Source: Chloroflexota bacterium (GTDB lineage: Bacteria > Chloroflexota > Anaerolineae > Anaerolineales > E44-bin32). Taken from it: a stretch of DNA of 55,282 nucleotides. The notes beneath the pieces are model-generated. The model saw only the letters and a list, made by a program, of their open reading frames with translations. It ran no database searches and was not told the origin of the DNA. Below, in pieces: positions 1-9,497 of the stretch (the first letter of the stretch is position 1; each line of letters opens with the position of its first letter). The translations under genes were made by a program, and so were the position numbers. Location of the stretch: NCBI GenBank assembly GCA_027298025.1, contig JAPUGV010000232.1:1-55282 (forward strand), in the 5' to 3' direction.

Positions 1-68
1 TGGCGACCAACCATCACATCCACGATGTGATGCTCGACGTCCTAGGCCAGCATCGCTGATTCAAACGA

Positions 69-99
69 AACGCGCCCAAGTACTGTGCGTGGGCGCGTT
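69..99 (-). terminator. GC-rich hairpin, possible terminator downstream of the kinase relic
   Basis: 10-bp perfect stem AACGCGCCCA / TGGGCGCGTT with an 11-nt loop. On the minus strand it is followed by TCGTTTGAAT. The T-tract is weak. Confidence 0.3.
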
Positions 100-123
100 A
101 TGAATGATCTCCGGTAGTTCAGT

Positions 124-342
124 CTAGACCGCCCGGTGGGCACCGTTGAGAGCCGTGGCCACCTGTCGGAGCATGTAAAGCATTTCCTCCAGCGGCAGCG
201 GTTCGGCTTCCATATGCTGGCCCGGATGACCTTGACCTAGGTCCGTACTGGGCGGGTAGGCACGATAAACGGTGGGCATGCCGCTGTTTCCGATCTCACC
301 GGTGATCTCGTACGGACCCAGCTTCGATTCAGTCACAGGCAA
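124..342 (-). pseudogene. Relic of a Hanks-type Ser/Thr protein kinase (N-lobe fragment only)
   Basis: The 72-aa ORF carries a degenerate glycine loop, YEITGEIGNSGMPTVYRAY (family pattern Y-x-I-x-x-x-I-G-x-G-G-M-x-x-VY-x-A). It also has LPLEEMLYMLRQVATALNGAH, which resembles the helix preceding the HRD catalytic loop. The stop falls before any HRD/DFG motif, and the spacing between the two pieces is too short for an intact N-lobe. Confidence 0.35.
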
Positions 343-412
343 TTCCAGTGTCTAGGATACGGCCTGCGACGATTGAATTATGGGTTTTTGCTGACGGGAA
401 CTGCGAGTCCGA

Positions 413-1237
413 TCATGCGCCTGTGTCGTACGCGCGAAGCCGACTCTCGAGGTCACCAAAATCGACGCGGGCGGTCATGTCCAGGCTGAGAGGTGTGACG
501 GACACTTCGCGTGCGATTCGCACGGCATAGACATCCGAGTCCACTTCGAGCATCTTCTCATCGAGGCGGATTTCAAAGTCGACGCGCACTGACTGGTCGA
601 AATGCTCGCGTTCGGGACTCACGGGTACATAGTATTGGGATCTCGAAAGTCGGGTTAAGCGCCAGGGAGTCTCCAGCGTAGCATCGGTGGGAACATCAAC
701 TTTTAGCACGTCGACGTCGGGGAAGGTCTCCCCCTCCAGCAAAATCCTCGCGAAATGTGCGGTGTAGTAAGCCGCGGTTGAGAAGTCGGCGCTGGTGTCC
801 CCCCACTGATGCTCCTTGGGCATCTCGAGCGACACGGCCATGGCCGGGATGCCAAATGCCGCGCCCTCCAGCGCGGCACCTACGGTGCCGGAGATCGTGA
901 TGCTGACGGTTAGGTTCTCGCCGCGGTTGATGCCGGCCACCACCAGATCCGGGGGCCCGTCCATGAGCTCCAGGATGCCGTGCTGAACGGTCTGCGCCGG
1001 CGAGCCGCCTACGGCGTAAACCTTCCAGGTCACGCCGTGGATGGTGACTTCTTCCTCTCGGAGCCTGCCGTCTGAAGCGTGCGGCATGCTGCGGCCGGCG
1101 CCTGAATGCTGCTCGCGCGGTGCGGCCACGGTGACGAATCCCAGCTTCGAGAGCGCTTCCGCCGCGGCCCACAGGCCGTCGGAGCGAATGCCGTCGTCGT
1201 TGGTCAGCAGGATCTGAGGCTTCCCAGACTTGGCCAT
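413..1237 (-). CDS. surE: 5'/3'-nucleotidase SurE
   Basis: N-terminal signature ILLTNDDGIRSDGL. The 274-aa length and GINRGENL motif are typical of the SurE family. Confidence 0.9.
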   Translation of the reverse strand: MAKSGKPQILLTNDDGIRSDGLWAAAEALSKLGFVTVAAPREQHSGAGRSMPHASDGRLREEEVTIHGVTWKVYAVGGSPAQTVQHGILELMDGPPDLVVAGINRGENLTVSITISGTVGAALEGAAFGIPAMAVSLEMPKEHQWGDTSADFSTAAYYTAHFARILLEGETFPDVDVLKVDVPTDATLETPWRLTRLSRSQYYVPVSPEREHFDQSVRVDFEIRLDEKMLEVDSDVYAVRIAREVSVTPLSLDMTARVDFGDLESRLRAYDTGA

Positions 1238-1464
1238 CGCGCAATCTTATCACTGGGATCCTAAGTGCCCGTTAATCGAGCTTCGAGGGGGAGATTAATC
1301 GCAACGTGAATGTTCCACCCGCTCCAAACTTGTTATCTGTCGGGCCAGCCACTCTCGAAATCCAAACCAGCTTGTTGAGTGCCGAGAGCCAGCAGCTTTA
1401 ACACGAGCGGGGCGATCCGTGGATCGCCCCGTCGAGGTTTTGGTTGGGTTCCCCAGAGTACTGC

Positions 1465-2595
1465 CTAGGTCTCGGCAGTACCCACTCGGGAGCTGGTAAA
1501 CCCGGGCCAGCGGGAAGCCAGCCGGTAGACCTTGCTGACATCCTGCGCTGTCACCAAGCCGAGAAACTGTCCGCCTTCCACCACCGGAAGCGCGTCCGTG
1601 TCGGCCTCAGCCAGCAGCTGTTGAGCAATGTACAACTTCTCGTCAGGGGATACGGGTTCCAGATCGGTCCGCATAAATTTGGCAGCGAACGCGTCCGGGC
1701 CGGCTTTCCTCAGGGCTTCACCGAGCCGACTGCGTGTTAGAACTCCGAGGAGCCGCTCACCGTCCCGAACCGGGAAATGAGATTGTATGGAGCTCATCGT
1801 GAGGGCAATCGCCTCCCGCAGCGTCGAGTGCGGTGACAAAGATCGAATCTGGCTGGAAAAGGCCTCTCTGACCGTGACATCTCCCAGCAGTTGGCGCATC
1901 TTTATCATTCGTCCTTCCTGCCCAGCGGCGAAGAAGATGAAGAACGCGATAAGGATCAGGAAGAACCCGCCGCCGAAGAATCCCCAAAGGCCCATCAGCA
2001 CCGCTAGTCCTTGCCCAATCGTCACTGCCCACCGGGTTGCCCGCGAGTAGTCGATGCGCATGGCGAGCAGTGAGCGCAGTATTCGGCCTCCGTCCATTGG
2101 GAAGGCCGGCAACAGGTTGAACAAGCCTAAGAACAGATTGGCCGCAAAGACGTAGCTAAAGACCGCTCCCAGAGTGATGCCCGCCGGCAGCCGAATCCCA
2201 AACTGAAGGCTGAGTTCCTGTCCATAAGCCAGGCCGAGAACGGCCAACACCGCGGCCAGAGCAAAATTCACCAGCGGTCCTGCAGCGGAGATGACGAGTT
2301 CCTGGCTGGGCTTCTCGGGCATTCGTGCGAGCTGGGCGAGTCCGCCGATTGGCAGCAGTACGATCTGTTTCACCTGAATGCCATAGGACTGCGCCGCGAT
2401 GCTGTGTCCGAGTTCGTGCAGCACAACGATCACGAACAGAATGGAGATCACGATAACGCCGAACAGCGCGCCTGTGAGGCCCCGTCCAGTGAGCGATGCG
2501 AACTGGATTGCTGCGAAGATCAGAATCAGCGGGAACGTGTAATGCATCCGAATCTGGATGCCCCTAACCTTGAATAGTGAAATACCTCGATCCAT
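1465..2595 (-). CDS. M50-family (site-2 protease type) membrane metalloprotease with C-terminal CBS pair
   Basis: HELGHS (HExxH) lies in a hydrophobic segment. There are multiple TM helices and an LPAFPMDGGR-type second metal-ligand motif. The C-terminal part has two CBS-like repeats (VTVREAF..., LPVVEGGQFLGLVTAQDV). Confidence 0.85.
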   Translation of the reverse strand: MDRGISLFKVRGIQIRMHYTFPLILIFAAIQFASLTGRGLTGALFGVIVISILFVIVVLHELGHSIAAQSYGIQVKQIVLLPIGGLAQLARMPEKPSQELVISAAGPLVNFALAAVLAVLGLAYGQELSLQFGIRLPAGITLGAVFSYVFAANLFLGLFNLLPAFPMDGGRILRSLLAMRIDYSRATRWAVTIGQGLAVLMGLWGFFGGGFFLILIAFFIFFAAGQEGRMIKMRQLLGDVTVREAFSSQIRSLSPHSTLREAIALTMSSIQSHFPVRDGERLLGVLTRSRLGEALRKAGPDAFAAKFMRTDLEPVSPDEKLYIAQQLLAEADTDALPVVEGGQFLGLVTAQDVSKVYRLASRWPGFTSSRVGTAET

Positions 2596-2745
2596 GTTTG
2601 CCTCTCTCTCCGCTCTCAGTCGCGAGCAGAGTAATCCATGCTTGTTTGATGGGGCCTAGTATCCCGCCCTTACGTTATAGATTTGTTAGAGAGATTTGAT
2701 CATGAGGAGCATTTTCTACCGGGTAGGCCACAACAATCTGTGTGC

Positions 2746-3381
2746 CTATCCCTCGCCGCGGGCTTCGGCAGCGAGCTGCTCGAAAAAGCTTACCAGCACC
2801 CGCTCGCGTTTCGCGGCCCGGCGGCGAGCGGGTTCGGTGTGGAGCCGATCCTTCACTTTGCGCAGCTTGAACAGGTACTCATGGTAGGCGCTGTGGGGTT
2901 CGCCCGGGACGGTCTCGCCATGTTCTAGAAATTGCTCGGACGGCTCGGCAAACATGGGCTGTCCGGCCTGCATGGCGTAGCCCAACGTGCGTGCCGCGCC
3001 GAAAGCTCCGATAACATCCAATTTGTCCGCATCGAACAAGATCTGAGCTTCGAGCGACTCGGGCTCGTGCTTACCGCGGTAGCGATGGCTCATAATGCAG
3101 TGGACTACTTCCCGGATTCGATCGTCAGTCCAGCCTTCGTCCCTCAGAACCGCTTGAGCGAACTCGGCGGAGGCGTTTTCGTGCTCTGCCCGATTTTCTC
3201 GAGGGTCTGCTCCGGCCGCATCGTGCAGTAAGGCCGCCGCGCGCAGGATCTCGAGATCCGCGCCTAACTCCGTGCCGATCTCTTCCGTGGTCCGCATCAC
3301 GCGCAGCACATGGTCGAATCCGTGGACCGGATCATCCGTGGCATACCAGCTCTGGGCCTCTTCAACCGTTGGCAAGGTCAA
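2746..3381 (-). CDS. HD-domain phosphohydrolase
   Basis: GFDHVLRV ... LLHDAAG ... LFDADKLD gives the H...HD...D metal-ligand pattern of HD-superfamily hydrolases. Length 211 aa. Confidence 0.75.
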   Translation of the reverse strand: MTLPTVEEAQSWYATDDPVHGFDHVLRVMRTTEEIGTELGADLEILRAAALLHDAAGADPRENRAEHENASAEFAQAVLRDEGWTDDRIREVVHCIMSHRYRGKHEPESLEAQILFDADKLDVIGAFGAARTLGYAMQAGQPMFAEPSEQFLEHGETVPGEPHSAYHEYLFKLRKVKDRLHTEPARRRAAKRERVLVSFFEQLAAEARGEG

Positions 3382-3446
3382 TCCACCTGCATAGGAAAAG
3401 CCAGCGAACTCGGCTTCGACTTGTGATTGCGATTTCGACTTGAAGT

Positions 3447-4229
3447 TTACTCGGCGGAAAGGACTAGAGGTTTGCCATCCACGGGGCTGGGCACGACGTC
3501 GATCCGGATTCCATAGGCCTCCGCCAGCAGATCGGGATTCAGGACCTGCTCCGGATCACCGACCTGCCGCACAACCCCATCGGAAAGCAGCACAACTCGA
3601 TCGGCATATCTGGATACCAGGTTCAGATCGTGCAGCGCCAGAAGCACTGCCAGGTCCTTCTCTTTGGCCAGGCGCCGGACCAGTCCAAGCACGCGATCTT
3701 GATGCCGCAGGTCCAGATGGGCGGTGGGTTCATCCAATAACATGATGGGAGACGCTTGCGCCAGGGCGCGCGCGATCAGTAATCGCTGCTGTTCGCCGCC
3801 GGAGAGCTCCTCGACGAGCCGCTCTGCCATGTCCAAAGTATCGGTAAGCGCCATGGCCTCCGTGGCCAGCTTGCGGTCCTCTTGCGATTCGGTCTCGAAC
3901 CACCCCAGGTAAGGCGTGCGGCCCATCAAAACCACGTCCATCGCTCGGAACGTCGGCGGCAGGTTTGTGGCCTGTGGCACTACGCAGACCAATTGCGCTC
4001 GGGCGGAGGGGGATAGCTCGTGCAGAGCGCGGCCGTTGATCCCGACCCGGCCGCTCTGCGGCGGCAACCTCCCACTCGCTACGCGCACGATGGTGGATTT
4101 GCCCACACCGTTCGGGCCGATGACCGCCAGCACTTCCCCTGGCACGATCTCCAACGTGACCCCCCGCAGCACGGTCAGGTCCCGATAGCCCATGTCCACG
4201 CTCTCCAACGCGAGGCTCGGATTTACCAC
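3447..4229 (-). CDS. btuD: ABC transporter ATP-binding protein, FecE/BtuD type (corrinoid/iron-chelate importer)
   Basis: Walker A GPNGVGKST, signature LSGGEQQR, Walker B MLLDEPTAHLD. It overlaps the upstream permease gene by 7 nt. The operon is headed by a cobalamin riboswitch. Confidence 0.8.
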   Translation of the reverse strand: MVNPSLALESVDMGYRDLTVLRGVTLEIVPGEVLAVIGPNGVGKSTIVRVASGRLPPQSGRVGINGRALHELSPSARAQLVCVVPQATNLPPTFRAMDVVLMGRTPYLGWFETESQEDRKLATEAMALTDTLDMAERLVEELSGGEQQRLLIARALAQASPIMLLDEPTAHLDLRHQDRVLGLVRRLAKEKDLAVLLALHDLNLVSRYADRVVLLSDGVVRQVGDPEQVLNPDLLAEAYGIRIDVVPSPVDGKPLVLSAE

Positions 4230-5260
4230 GCCCGCAACCTACGCTTCGATCGCGCCAACAAGTAAAGGAAGAACGGCGCGCCGACGACGGCGGTCACGAC
4301 TCCCAGGGGCAGCACGCGCGGCGAGATGATGGACCGCGCCACAATATCTGCGCCCAACAAAAAGCTTGCTCCAAGCAGGGTAGCGAGCGGCAGCAGGCGT
4401 CGGTAGCTCGTTCCCCACAGCAGCCGCGCAAGATGGGGTACCACCAGCCCGACAAATGCGATGATCCCCAGGAATGCCACCGCAGTGGCCGCCGCGAGGG
4501 ATGCGGCAACCACGATGACCAGCTTCACGCGGTCGACATCCAGTCCGAGCTGCCCGGCTTGCTCATCTCCAAACTGCAGCACGTCGAGTGGGCGTCCCAT
4601 GGTGAGCAGTACCGCCAAGGCAAGCGCCACATAGGGCAACGCGGCCATTACCGGCCCCCAGCCCCCGAGCGCAAATCCTCCCACCATCCACGTCACCGCC
4701 CGATGCAGCTCTGAAGTGGATAGCAGCATGGTCATGCTGGTAATGGCGGTGGCGAAGGAGCTCACCGCCACTCCAGCGAGAATTAACGTCGTCACGGGCG
4801 TGGATCGGCCCACCCGGGCAAGCGCATACACCAGTGCCACCGTCAGCAGCGCTCCCACGAAGGCCGCGGCGGGGATCGCCGCCATACCCAGCAAATCAGC
4901 TGGCCATTGAGCTGACATCGCCAGCACGGCCGCCAGCCCCGCTCCGGCGGCGACCCCAATCACATAGGGATCGGCCAGAGGGTTGCGAAAAAGCCCCTGA
5001 AAGGCGGTTCCGCTTGCTCCGAGCGCCATTCCGGCTAAGGCGACCAAGACCAGGTTTGGAAGCCGGATTTCGTACAGGATGGTGGAGAACGCCGGAGGGA
5101 TCTCGCTTTCAAATTCAACCAAGGGTGAAAGCAGGATGCCCGCTACCGCGTCGACGGGAATCGACACGGCGCCTATGGCCACACTCGCCACGATTGCCAC
5201 AACCAGGGCCCCGACGGTCCAGATCCAAGGGGAAATTGAGCTCACCGCTGCAGATTTCAA
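4223..5260 (-). CDS. btuC: FecCD-family ABC permease (BtuC-like)
   Basis: 345-aa polytopic membrane protein with Gly/Ala-rich helices typical of the FecCD family. A 4-nt ATGA overlap couples it to the upstream binding-protein gene. Confidence 0.8.
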   Translation of the reverse strand: MKSAAVSSISPWIWTVGALVVAIVASVAIGAVSIPVDAVAGILLSPLVEFESEIPPAFSTILYEIRLPNLVLVALAGMALGASGTAFQGLFRNPLADPYVIGVAAGAGLAAVLAMSAQWPADLLGMAAIPAAAFVGALLTVALVYALARVGRSTPVTTLILAGVAVSSFATAITSMTMLLSTSELHRAVTWMVGGFALGGWGPVMAALPYVALALAVLLTMGRPLDVLQFGDEQAGQLGLDVDRVKLVIVVAASLAAATAVAFLGIIAFVGLVVPHLARLLWGTSYRRLLPLATLLGASFLLGADIVARSIISPRVLPLGVVTAVVGAPFFLYLLARSKRRLRAW

Positions 5261-6234
5261 TCAAAGAGCTCCGGGTGCAGCGCGCGCGCCATGGCTTCCA
5301 GCGCGTCTACGAGGCGGGGGCCGGGCCGATCCACCCAGTTTGTGTCAATCGGGATCACGCGCCCGGCCTGCACTGCCGCAATTCCGTCCCAGCCTGGCCG
5401 CTCGGATAACGATTGCACGGTGGTGACGACGAATGGACCCTCTCCGTAGACGATCACCTCCGGATCCTGGATCACGAGCTGCTCTATGTCGATTTGCCCC
5501 CAGCCCTGGATTCCGGATGCCACATTTTCGCCTCCCGCTAATTCGATCAACAGGTCCTGGAAAGTCCCGGCTCCAGTCGTCCAAGGCGCACTCGGATCGC
5601 TTCCATCAATTTCATAAAAGACGGCAACTCGATCTATGTCGCCCATTGTGGCGATGACATTCTCCACCCTTGCACGCAGATTCGCAGCCAGCTCGCTTGC
5701 CTCGACGGTATGACCCGTCAGCTCTCCAACCGTTTCGAGATTCTCGTAGAGCCCCTCAAAGTCCGATGGATTGGCCAACACGAAGGTCGTGAGGCCGAGC
5801 GCCTCCATGGACTGAAGCTGCTCGGGAGCGGTGATGTCGGCCGCCAGGACAAGATCCGGATCGAGAGCCAGAATGGCCTCCGTGTTTAGCTGACCAAAAG
5901 TGCTGCCGATGCTGGCCACCTCCGCCGCCTGAGCCGGATGGTCCGACGCTTCATCTCGACCCACGACCTGCGAACCGGCGCCGATGGCGAACAGCATCTC
6001 CGTGTTGGAGGGGGCTAGAGAGACGATCCGAACCGCCGGCCCTTCCAGGGAGATCTCACGACCAAGACCATCGGTCACCTGCAGTGGGCCGGCTAACAGA
6101 TCTGCCGGAGCCGCACAGGCCGTGAGCAGCAGCGCAAACGCCAGGCTGAATAGCCCGAGGCTCCTCGCCACCTCTTGCAGGTGGGTTCTTTCCGCTTTTC
6201 TGTCAAATATGCGATCTCTCAATCGAGATTGCAT
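5257..6234 (-). CDS. btuF: Substrate-binding lipoprotein, BtuF/FhuD class (cobalamin/iron-chelate)
   Basis: Lipobox LLLTAC after a hydrophobic signal. RIVSLAPSNTEMLFAIGAGSQVVG matches the N-terminal motif of class-III periplasmic binding proteins. GGAG RBS lies 6 nt upstream of the ATG. It is the first gene after the riboswitch. Confidence 0.8.
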   Translation of the reverse strand: MQSRLRDRIFDRKAERTHLQEVARSLGLFSLAFALLLTACAAPADLLAGPLQVTDGLGREISLEGPAVRIVSLAPSNTEMLFAIGAGSQVVGRDEASDHPAQAAEVASIGSTFGQLNTEAILALDPDLVLAADITAPEQLQSMEALGLTTFVLANPSDFEGLYENLETVGELTGHTVEASELAANLRARVENVIATMGDIDRVAVFYEIDGSDPSAPWTTGAGTFQDLLIELAGGENVASGIQGWGQIDIEQLVIQDPEVIVYGEGPFVVTTVQSLSERPGWDGIAAVQAGRVIPIDTNWVDRPGPRLVDALEAMARALHPELFD

Positions 6235-6288
6235 GGCGCGCTCCTATTGGGCTGCAGGTGCGAGATCCGTGAGGGGATGGTGAGGAAA

Positions 6289-6318
6289 GAAAAAAGCCTT
6301 CCCTCACTTCGGGAAGGC
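6289..6318 (-). terminator. Intrinsic terminator forming the expression platform of the cobalamin riboswitch
   Basis: The minus strand reads GCCTTCCC-GAAGTGA-GGGAAGGC followed by TTTTTTC. It lies between the aptamer and the btuF start. Confidence 0.8.
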
Positions 6319-6374
6319 TTGGAACCACATCCAGGTGGGTCCATGCGCAACCTCCTTTCCGCGAAGGGGTATTC

Positions 6375-6545
6375 GGCGCGGGGCGGAGGCGGGTATCCTG
6401 ACTTGCGCGAGCGACCAACTCTTCAAATGCCTCGGACCGCTCGGCTTACAGTTGCGGGACAGCGCCGGACTTTCGCTCGGGTCCAGGACCCTTGGAGCAC
6501 CGGCTTCCCCTTGATGGCCTCCGCATCCGGGCGGTAGGCCACCTC
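6375..6545 (-). promoter_or_regulatory. Cobalamin (B12) riboswitch aptamer
   Basis: The minus strand contains AAGGGGAAGCCGGTG, GCGCTGTCCCGCAACTGTAAGCCG and the B12-box-like AGTCAGGATACCCGCC, in the order and spacing characteristic of the cobalamin riboswitch class. It is positioned in the 5' leader of a btuFCD-type operon. Confidence 0.85.
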
Positions 6546-6569
6546 GGCCCCTCATGCTATATTGTCCAT

Positions 6570-6598
6570 ACTATATCCACCGATTGTGAACCGGTCAA
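6570..6598 (-). promoter_or_regulatory. Sigma-70-type promoter of the riboswitch-btuFCD unit
   Basis: The minus strand reads TTGACC, a 17-nt spacer, then TATAGT, immediately upstream of the aptamer. Confidence 0.6.
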
Positions 6599-6856
6599 GG
6601 TTCCTGCCACGCAAGCAACCCAGGGGCGAGCATCTGCAAGATGTTCTAACCCGGCTTTGCTGCGACGAAATCACGCACGCGCTTCGCATGCTGCGCATGC
6701 AATCATCCATCACGCATGATAAAATCCACCGGTTGTCGCTGGGCAACAAACCAAATCGATAATGTAAGTCCCCGCAAGAGGGCGGTTCCTGGCTCTGCTA
6801 GAGAATCCGCAAAAGACCTCTCCACGAGCTTCATTCAAATAAAGGGTTACAAATAA

Positions 6857-8503
6857 ATGAGTAGCAAGACTTTAAGGTTGGTTCCCCTGGGGGGACTGGG
6901 CGAAATCGGCAAGAACATGATGTCGGTCGAGTACGGGGATAACATCCTCATCATCGACACCGGGATCATGTTCCCCGAAAACGACATGCTGGGGATCGAC
7001 TACATCATCCCCGACTTCCGCTACCTGGAAGACAAGGCCGACAAGGTGCGGGGGATCGTGGTCACACACGGACACGAAGACCACACCGGGGCCATCCGCC
7101 ACGTGATGGAGCTGATCGACGCGCCGATCTACGCCTCCAAGCTGACCCGCGGACTGCTGGAGGTCAAGCTGAACCGGAGCGGGATGCTGGGCGACGTCAC
7201 GCTGAAAACCATCAACGCCGGCGACACGGTGAACATCGGCCCCTTTGAAATCGAGTTCTTCCATGTCTGCCACTCCATCCCGGACTGCGTCGGCATGGGG
7301 ATCACCACCCCGGCCGGATTGATCGTGCACACCGGCGACTACAAGTTCGATCACACCCCGGTGGATGGTTGGCCCACCGACTTCGGCAAGCTGGGCGAGC
7401 TTGGCGGCCGAGGGGTGCTGGCACTTCTGGCCGACTCCACCAACGCCGACGAGCCAGGCTGGACCCCTTCGGAGGCGGTGATCGATCCAGCCTTTGACGA
7501 GATATTTGGGGAGGCCGAGGGGCGCATTCTCATCGCCTCATTCGCCTCGCTGATCTCGCGCGTGCAGCAGGTGGCCAATGCCGCACAACGCCACGGGCGA
7601 AAGATGGCGATCGTCGGCCGCAGCATGCGCGACAACACCAAGATGGCACGGGAGTTGGGCTACCTGGATATGCCCGACGACCTCATCGTCGACCTCGATT
7701 CGACTCTAAAGATGGACCCGGCCCGCGTGGTGCTGATGTGCACCGGCACGCAGGGCGAGCCCTCCTCGATCATGGGGCGTCTGTCGACCGGCACCAACCG
7801 CCAATTCAATGTGATGGATGGCGACACGATCGTGCTGTCTTCCCACAACATCCCGGGCAACGAAGAAATGATCCACCGCACCATCAACCGTCTATTTTCC
7901 CGCGGCGCCCACGTGATCTACGACCCGATCGCCGACGTCCACGTATCGGGCCACGCCAGCCAGGAAGAAATGAAGCTGATGATGGAGCTGGTCAAGCCCA
8001 AACATCTGATCCCGGTGCACGGTGAGCTGCGCCACCTCAAGCAACATGCTGCGCTGGCGCGAGAGATCGGCATGGACGATTCCTCCATCGCGGTCGTCGA
8101 AAACGGCACGGTGGTTGAGTTCAAGGACGGAAAGATGAAAATCGGCGAGCGCGTCCCCGGTGGGTACGTGTTTGTTGATGGAAGCGGTGTGGGTGACATC
8201 GGCCCACGCGTGATGCGAGAGCGCGAGGCGCTCGCCAAAGATGGTTTTGTGGCAGTTCACCTCACTCTGGACGGTAAGAACGGCGCGCTTGGCAGGGAAC
8301 CTGAGATCGTGTCCAAGGGATTTGTGTTTGTGCGCGACGCGGAAGAGCTCTTCGAGCACGCCCGAAGGCGAATTCGAGAGGTGGCAAAAGAGGCCGATCA
8401 CGACAGTCTTAGAGACAAGGTTCAAAAGGATCTGAGCCGCTTCTTCTATGCCGAAACCAAGCGCCGTCCAATGGTGATGGTATTTACTAGCCCCCCTGAA
8501 TGA
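6857..8503 (+). CDS. rnj: Ribonuclease J
   Basis: N-terminus LGGLGEIGKNM, metallo-beta-lactamase motif HGHEDHTGA, beta-CASP region and a C-terminal domain. The 548-aa length is typical of RNase J. Confidence 0.9.
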   Translation: MSSKTLRLVPLGGLGEIGKNMMSVEYGDNILIIDTGIMFPENDMLGIDYIIPDFRYLEDKADKVRGIVVTHGHEDHTGAIRHVMELIDAPIYASKLTRGLLEVKLNRSGMLGDVTLKTINAGDTVNIGPFEIEFFHVCHSIPDCVGMGITTPAGLIVHTGDYKFDHTPVDGWPTDFGKLGELGGRGVLALLADSTNADEPGWTPSEAVIDPAFDEIFGEAEGRILIASFASLISRVQQVANAAQRHGRKMAIVGRSMRDNTKMARELGYLDMPDDLIVDLDSTLKMDPARVVLMCTGTQGEPSSIMGRLSTGTNRQFNVMDGDTIVLSSHNIPGNEEMIHRTINRLFSRGAHVIYDPIADVHVSGHASQEEMKLMMELVKPKHLIPVHGELRHLKQHAALAREIGMDDSSIAVVENGTVVEFKDGKMKIGERVPGGYVFVDGSGVGDIGPRVMREREALAKDGFVAVHLTLDGKNGALGREPEIVSKGFVFVRDAEELFEHARRRIREVAKEADHDSLRDKVQKDLSRFFYAETKRRPMVMVFTSPPE

Positions 8504-8561
8504 GAACAATCGAAGCTTGCCTGTTGCGTACGCACTTGGCATGCGTATAATGCCCCGCGCC

Positions 8562-9437
8562 ATGCGGGCCGGAACGGCATCGGTCGCACTCTGCGTGTTG
8601 GCGGCTGCGTGCAGCCTTCAAGGGGGTACTACAGAGGTGCCTTCGCCGACCGCCACCACAACGGCGGCGCCCGCGACCGCAACCCCCACGCCGGAGCCGC
8701 TGGCGGCCTATGTAAACGGTGAGGCCATTTCTCGGGCAGCCTTCGAACGTGAGGTCGCCCGCTTCGAGGCTGCAAATGCGAAGCTTGGCATCGACCTTGC
8801 AACAGTAGGCGATTACCGGGCTGCGGTGCTCGACCAGTTGATGGATCTCAGCCTTTTAGCGCAATTTGCCGTGATTCTGGGCATGGAACTCAGCGAAACA
8901 GAGTTGGATGAACGTTTCGAGGCCTTAGTGGCCTCCGATGGGGTGGCTGCGGGCTACACCGAAGATGATTTCCGCAGCGAGCTCCGTCGGGAGATCCTGG
9001 CGGCCAAAGCCGTCGGCTCCATCACGGACGCGCTGCCTTCGCAGGTCGAACATACTAGCGCTCGACATATCCTGGTCAAGACGCTTGAAGAGGCAGAAGC
9101 GCTGCTGGATGATCTCGCCAACGGCGCAGATTTTGGCAGTTTAGCAGTGATCCACTCGAGAGACCCAAGCACCCGGCCGGCCGGCGGCGAGCTCGGCTGG
9201 TTTCCGAGGGGCCTGCTCACGATGCCCGAAGTGGAAGGTGCCGCTTTCAGCCTGCAGCCCGGAGAGGTTAGCGACGTGATCGAAAGCGCGCTCGGGTTCC
9301 ACATCCTGGAGGTTCTGGGTCGGGAAGATCGGCCTCTTGTGGGAGAGACGTTGACACAATACCGTGTAGCAGCGGTCGAACAATGGCTGGCCGAACAGCG
9401 TCAGCGGGCCGAGATCGAGATATTCATTGATGGCTGA
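8562..9437 (+). CDS. PpiC/parvulin-type peptidyl-prolyl isomerase lipoprotein (PrsA/SurA-like)
   Basis: Parvulin motifs ARHILV, GADFGSLA, GGELGWF and GFHILEV. The signal MRAGTASVALCVLAAAC ends in a lipobox. The ORF track starts at a TTG at 8517; the ATG at 8562 gives a canonical lipoprotein signal, but the start remains uncertain. Confidence 0.8.
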   Translation: MRAGTASVALCVLAAACSLQGGTTEVPSPTATTTAAPATATPTPEPLAAYVNGEAISRAAFEREVARFEAANAKLGIDLATVGDYRAAVLDQLMDLSLLAQFAVILGMELSETELDERFEALVASDGVAAGYTEDDFRSELRREILAAKAVGSITDALPSQVEHTSARHILVKTLEEAEALLDDLANGADFGSLAVIHSRDPSTRPAGGELGWFPRGLLTMPEVEGAAFSLQPGEVSDVIESALGFHILEVLGREDRPLVGETLTQYRVAAVEQWLAEQRQRAEIEIFIDG

Positions 9438-9497
9438 GATGGGAGCACTAGGACATCCGTGTTCTAGGGCTAATTAAGAGATCAGGAGTCTGAGCAA

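Noticed and set aside
6203-6555. Small ORFs (6203-6418, 6304-6555, 6175-6537) between btuF and the promoter
   Set aside because: They lie within the cobalamin riboswitch aptamer and terminator. RNA structure explains the region, and none has a convincing RBS-start arrangement.
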